From assembly GCF_037042905.1 (NCBI RefSeq), contig NC_087251.1:28336001-28400000 (forward strand): a stretch of DNA of 64,000 nt, given 5' to 3'. Position 1 is the first letter of the stretch; each line of letters opens with the position of its first letter. The DNA comes from Lytechinus pictus (Eukaryota). Shown here in pieces: positions 61,955 through 64,000 of the stretch. The notes below the pieces were generated by a model, which was given only the letters and a program-made list of their open reading frames with translations, was not told the origin of the DNA and ran no database searches. The position numbers were made by a program, and so were the translations under genes.

Positions 61955-64000
61955 TTTACTGGCGAAACAGAGGGGATTGAAAAAGCCCACCCCCCATTTA
62001 ACTTTGATTAAAGGTTCCTCAATAAAAATATAAGATGTTCACCAATCACCCAGTCATTGGCAAATACATAAAAAAAACTCAGAATGCTCAGAGAGGTACA
62101 TGTAAAACTAGTGCATTTTCGTTTGCTTTTCTCAATATTGTCAGTATGCCAATTCATAAAACCTTCGACTCGGCATAAGATGCATATATAAATATTGTTA
62201 TTACCTTTATCCTTGTTTGAAGGAATTTATTAGTGTCAATAGTCCACTTGTTCATAACACATTCACAATCTCTCTGCTCATGCGGCAGGTTTATTTTACT
62301 GATATAATGCTATGAATGGACTGGCTAAGTTGCTAATATTTGTATTTGAATAGTATTGTTTGCCCTTTCAAAGTTCAACATTTTTGTGTTTTCTGTATAA
62401 ATCCAGGTATTTAAAATGTAGTTTTGACCATATATCCTCCAATATCCTCCAATATCATTGACTTTAATAAGCATACATGTATGATTCTAAGTCTATTAGA
62501 TATACTCAGGGGCCATAGTTCAAAAAGATTTTCTTCTTTTTAGGGAGGAGGTGGGGACAATTTTAAAACTATGTTTAGGGGAAGAATTAATACCCCTTCA
62601 AAACTGTAGTTTCTTGTTCTGTAGGTATTTTAAAACTTTGTGAAATCTATTTGAGAAATTTTAGAAGTGTAATAGTATCTGATATTTCTTTAGAAATTTG
62701 ACAGAATATGTGTATGTGGAGGGGGGAGGGTAGAGCTCCCCTCTCTTATGCCTCAGAAATCATTTTTTTACAGGAGTGGCACCAAAGTAGTTTGATCAAG
62801 GGGGGACGGAAATTGGACCTTAATATGACATTCTCCACCCCCCAAAAAATACTTTGACATAGCCATTCCTTTTTTTCGCCACTTTTCCCCCTTTGTTTAC
62901 TTTTAATCATGGGGAAAATGGTTGGGGAGCCTTCTCCGCACCCCCCCCCCCATATCCAAATGCTAAAAGAGGTACAGTGTAGGAGTTAGTGATTAGCTTT
63001 GACCTAATAATGTGACCATTATCTTCAATTAGCATCTATACTAGAATTCCTTTGCTTAGGTGTCATAGATCAAACAATTTGGTAACGACTAATATCAAAT
63101 GTCTTTATGAAGTAATCGTTCATGAGCAATATGCAGTGAAAATGTGAAGTCATAATGTGTTTATTGAGTCACTACTACCTCTAGAATAAGGTGTACAAGT
63201 CAGATGCAACCATCTTTAACCTTAGTACTGTTTTGTAATGGAAATCAAATTTAGATGATCAATCCTTTCTTGGAATGCTCTATAAAAATATTGATTGAAG
63301 ATTTATACGCATATACAAATGGTAGCCTTTGTTAACAGGGGGTTCACAATCTTAAAATTGATTCAGGAATTAAATAATGGTCAAAGATCAATATTTTGAT
63401 ACCTTTTTATGAAAGTTGATTGAACTTAAGGTAGTCACTCTAAAAATAGAAACTTAAATCCCATCTTTTATTCAGTGGCTATCATTAACACTCATATGAA
63501 CTTTGCAAACTCTTCAGCTCCTGTTTCTGTTTTTTTTAAAGCATTTGAACTACCTTTTGTCAAATGGAAAGTAGAGTCTATTTTGCTTTGCGAAGATGAT
63601 TATTTATCACGACAATACACTATTGTAATGACAAATGAAAGGTTTGAATATAAAAATGATATTTGGCTATGCTGTGGGTCCACCATTTATATCATCTTTA
63701 TATCATTGATAGAGGTTTATTCGGCCTTGAAATCCTGAAGCTTGTAGTTGTGACCATTCACCTTAAAGCTATATTTAATTACAGTAAGACCAGACATGCA
63801 TGACACTTTATTATGTTTGGTGTATGGTGATCAATACATGCTTAACAATACCCTCGATGGGGTTACATTTGGTATCTCAGTGGAGAAATGTCAATGGTGT
63901 CAGAAGTTACTGAAGCTATTCTCTTACCCAAAGCAAACATGATCTAGCATTCAGAGATGTTTGAGGTCCCAACGCCTCCTCACTTGGCTCTGGTAACGCC

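Overview
Eukaryotic, AT-rich, intron-containing animal DNA dominated by non-autonomous DNA transposons; the repeat landscape resembles sea-urchin (echinoid) genomes, which is inference only. One clear gene: a 129-aa fatty-acid-binding protein (FABP/iLBP) on + (probable non-coding exon ~18180-18235; coding exons 19532-19777 and 20742-20885) with atypical ligand-binding residues. A second + transcription unit probably starts in the CpG-rich region at ~33.5-34 kb; splicing 36280-36376 to 40352-40443 gives a 62-aa ORF with a BAX-like BH3-type helix across the junction (speculative). The most striking structure is a nested stack: a hAT-like element (4076-13522, 8-bp TSD) split by a 7.9-kb AcademH-like element (5576-13492, 151-bp TIRs, 9-bp TSD) that carries decayed RecQ-helicase remnants and further MITEs. 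Also present: a second Academ-like element (43875-48457), a 777-bp TIR element with a SAP-domain ORF (58154-58930), a tRNA-derived SINE, LINE 3' fragments and many MITEs. Most ORFs in the supplied track look spurious. All protein-family calls are by eye; no database search was run.
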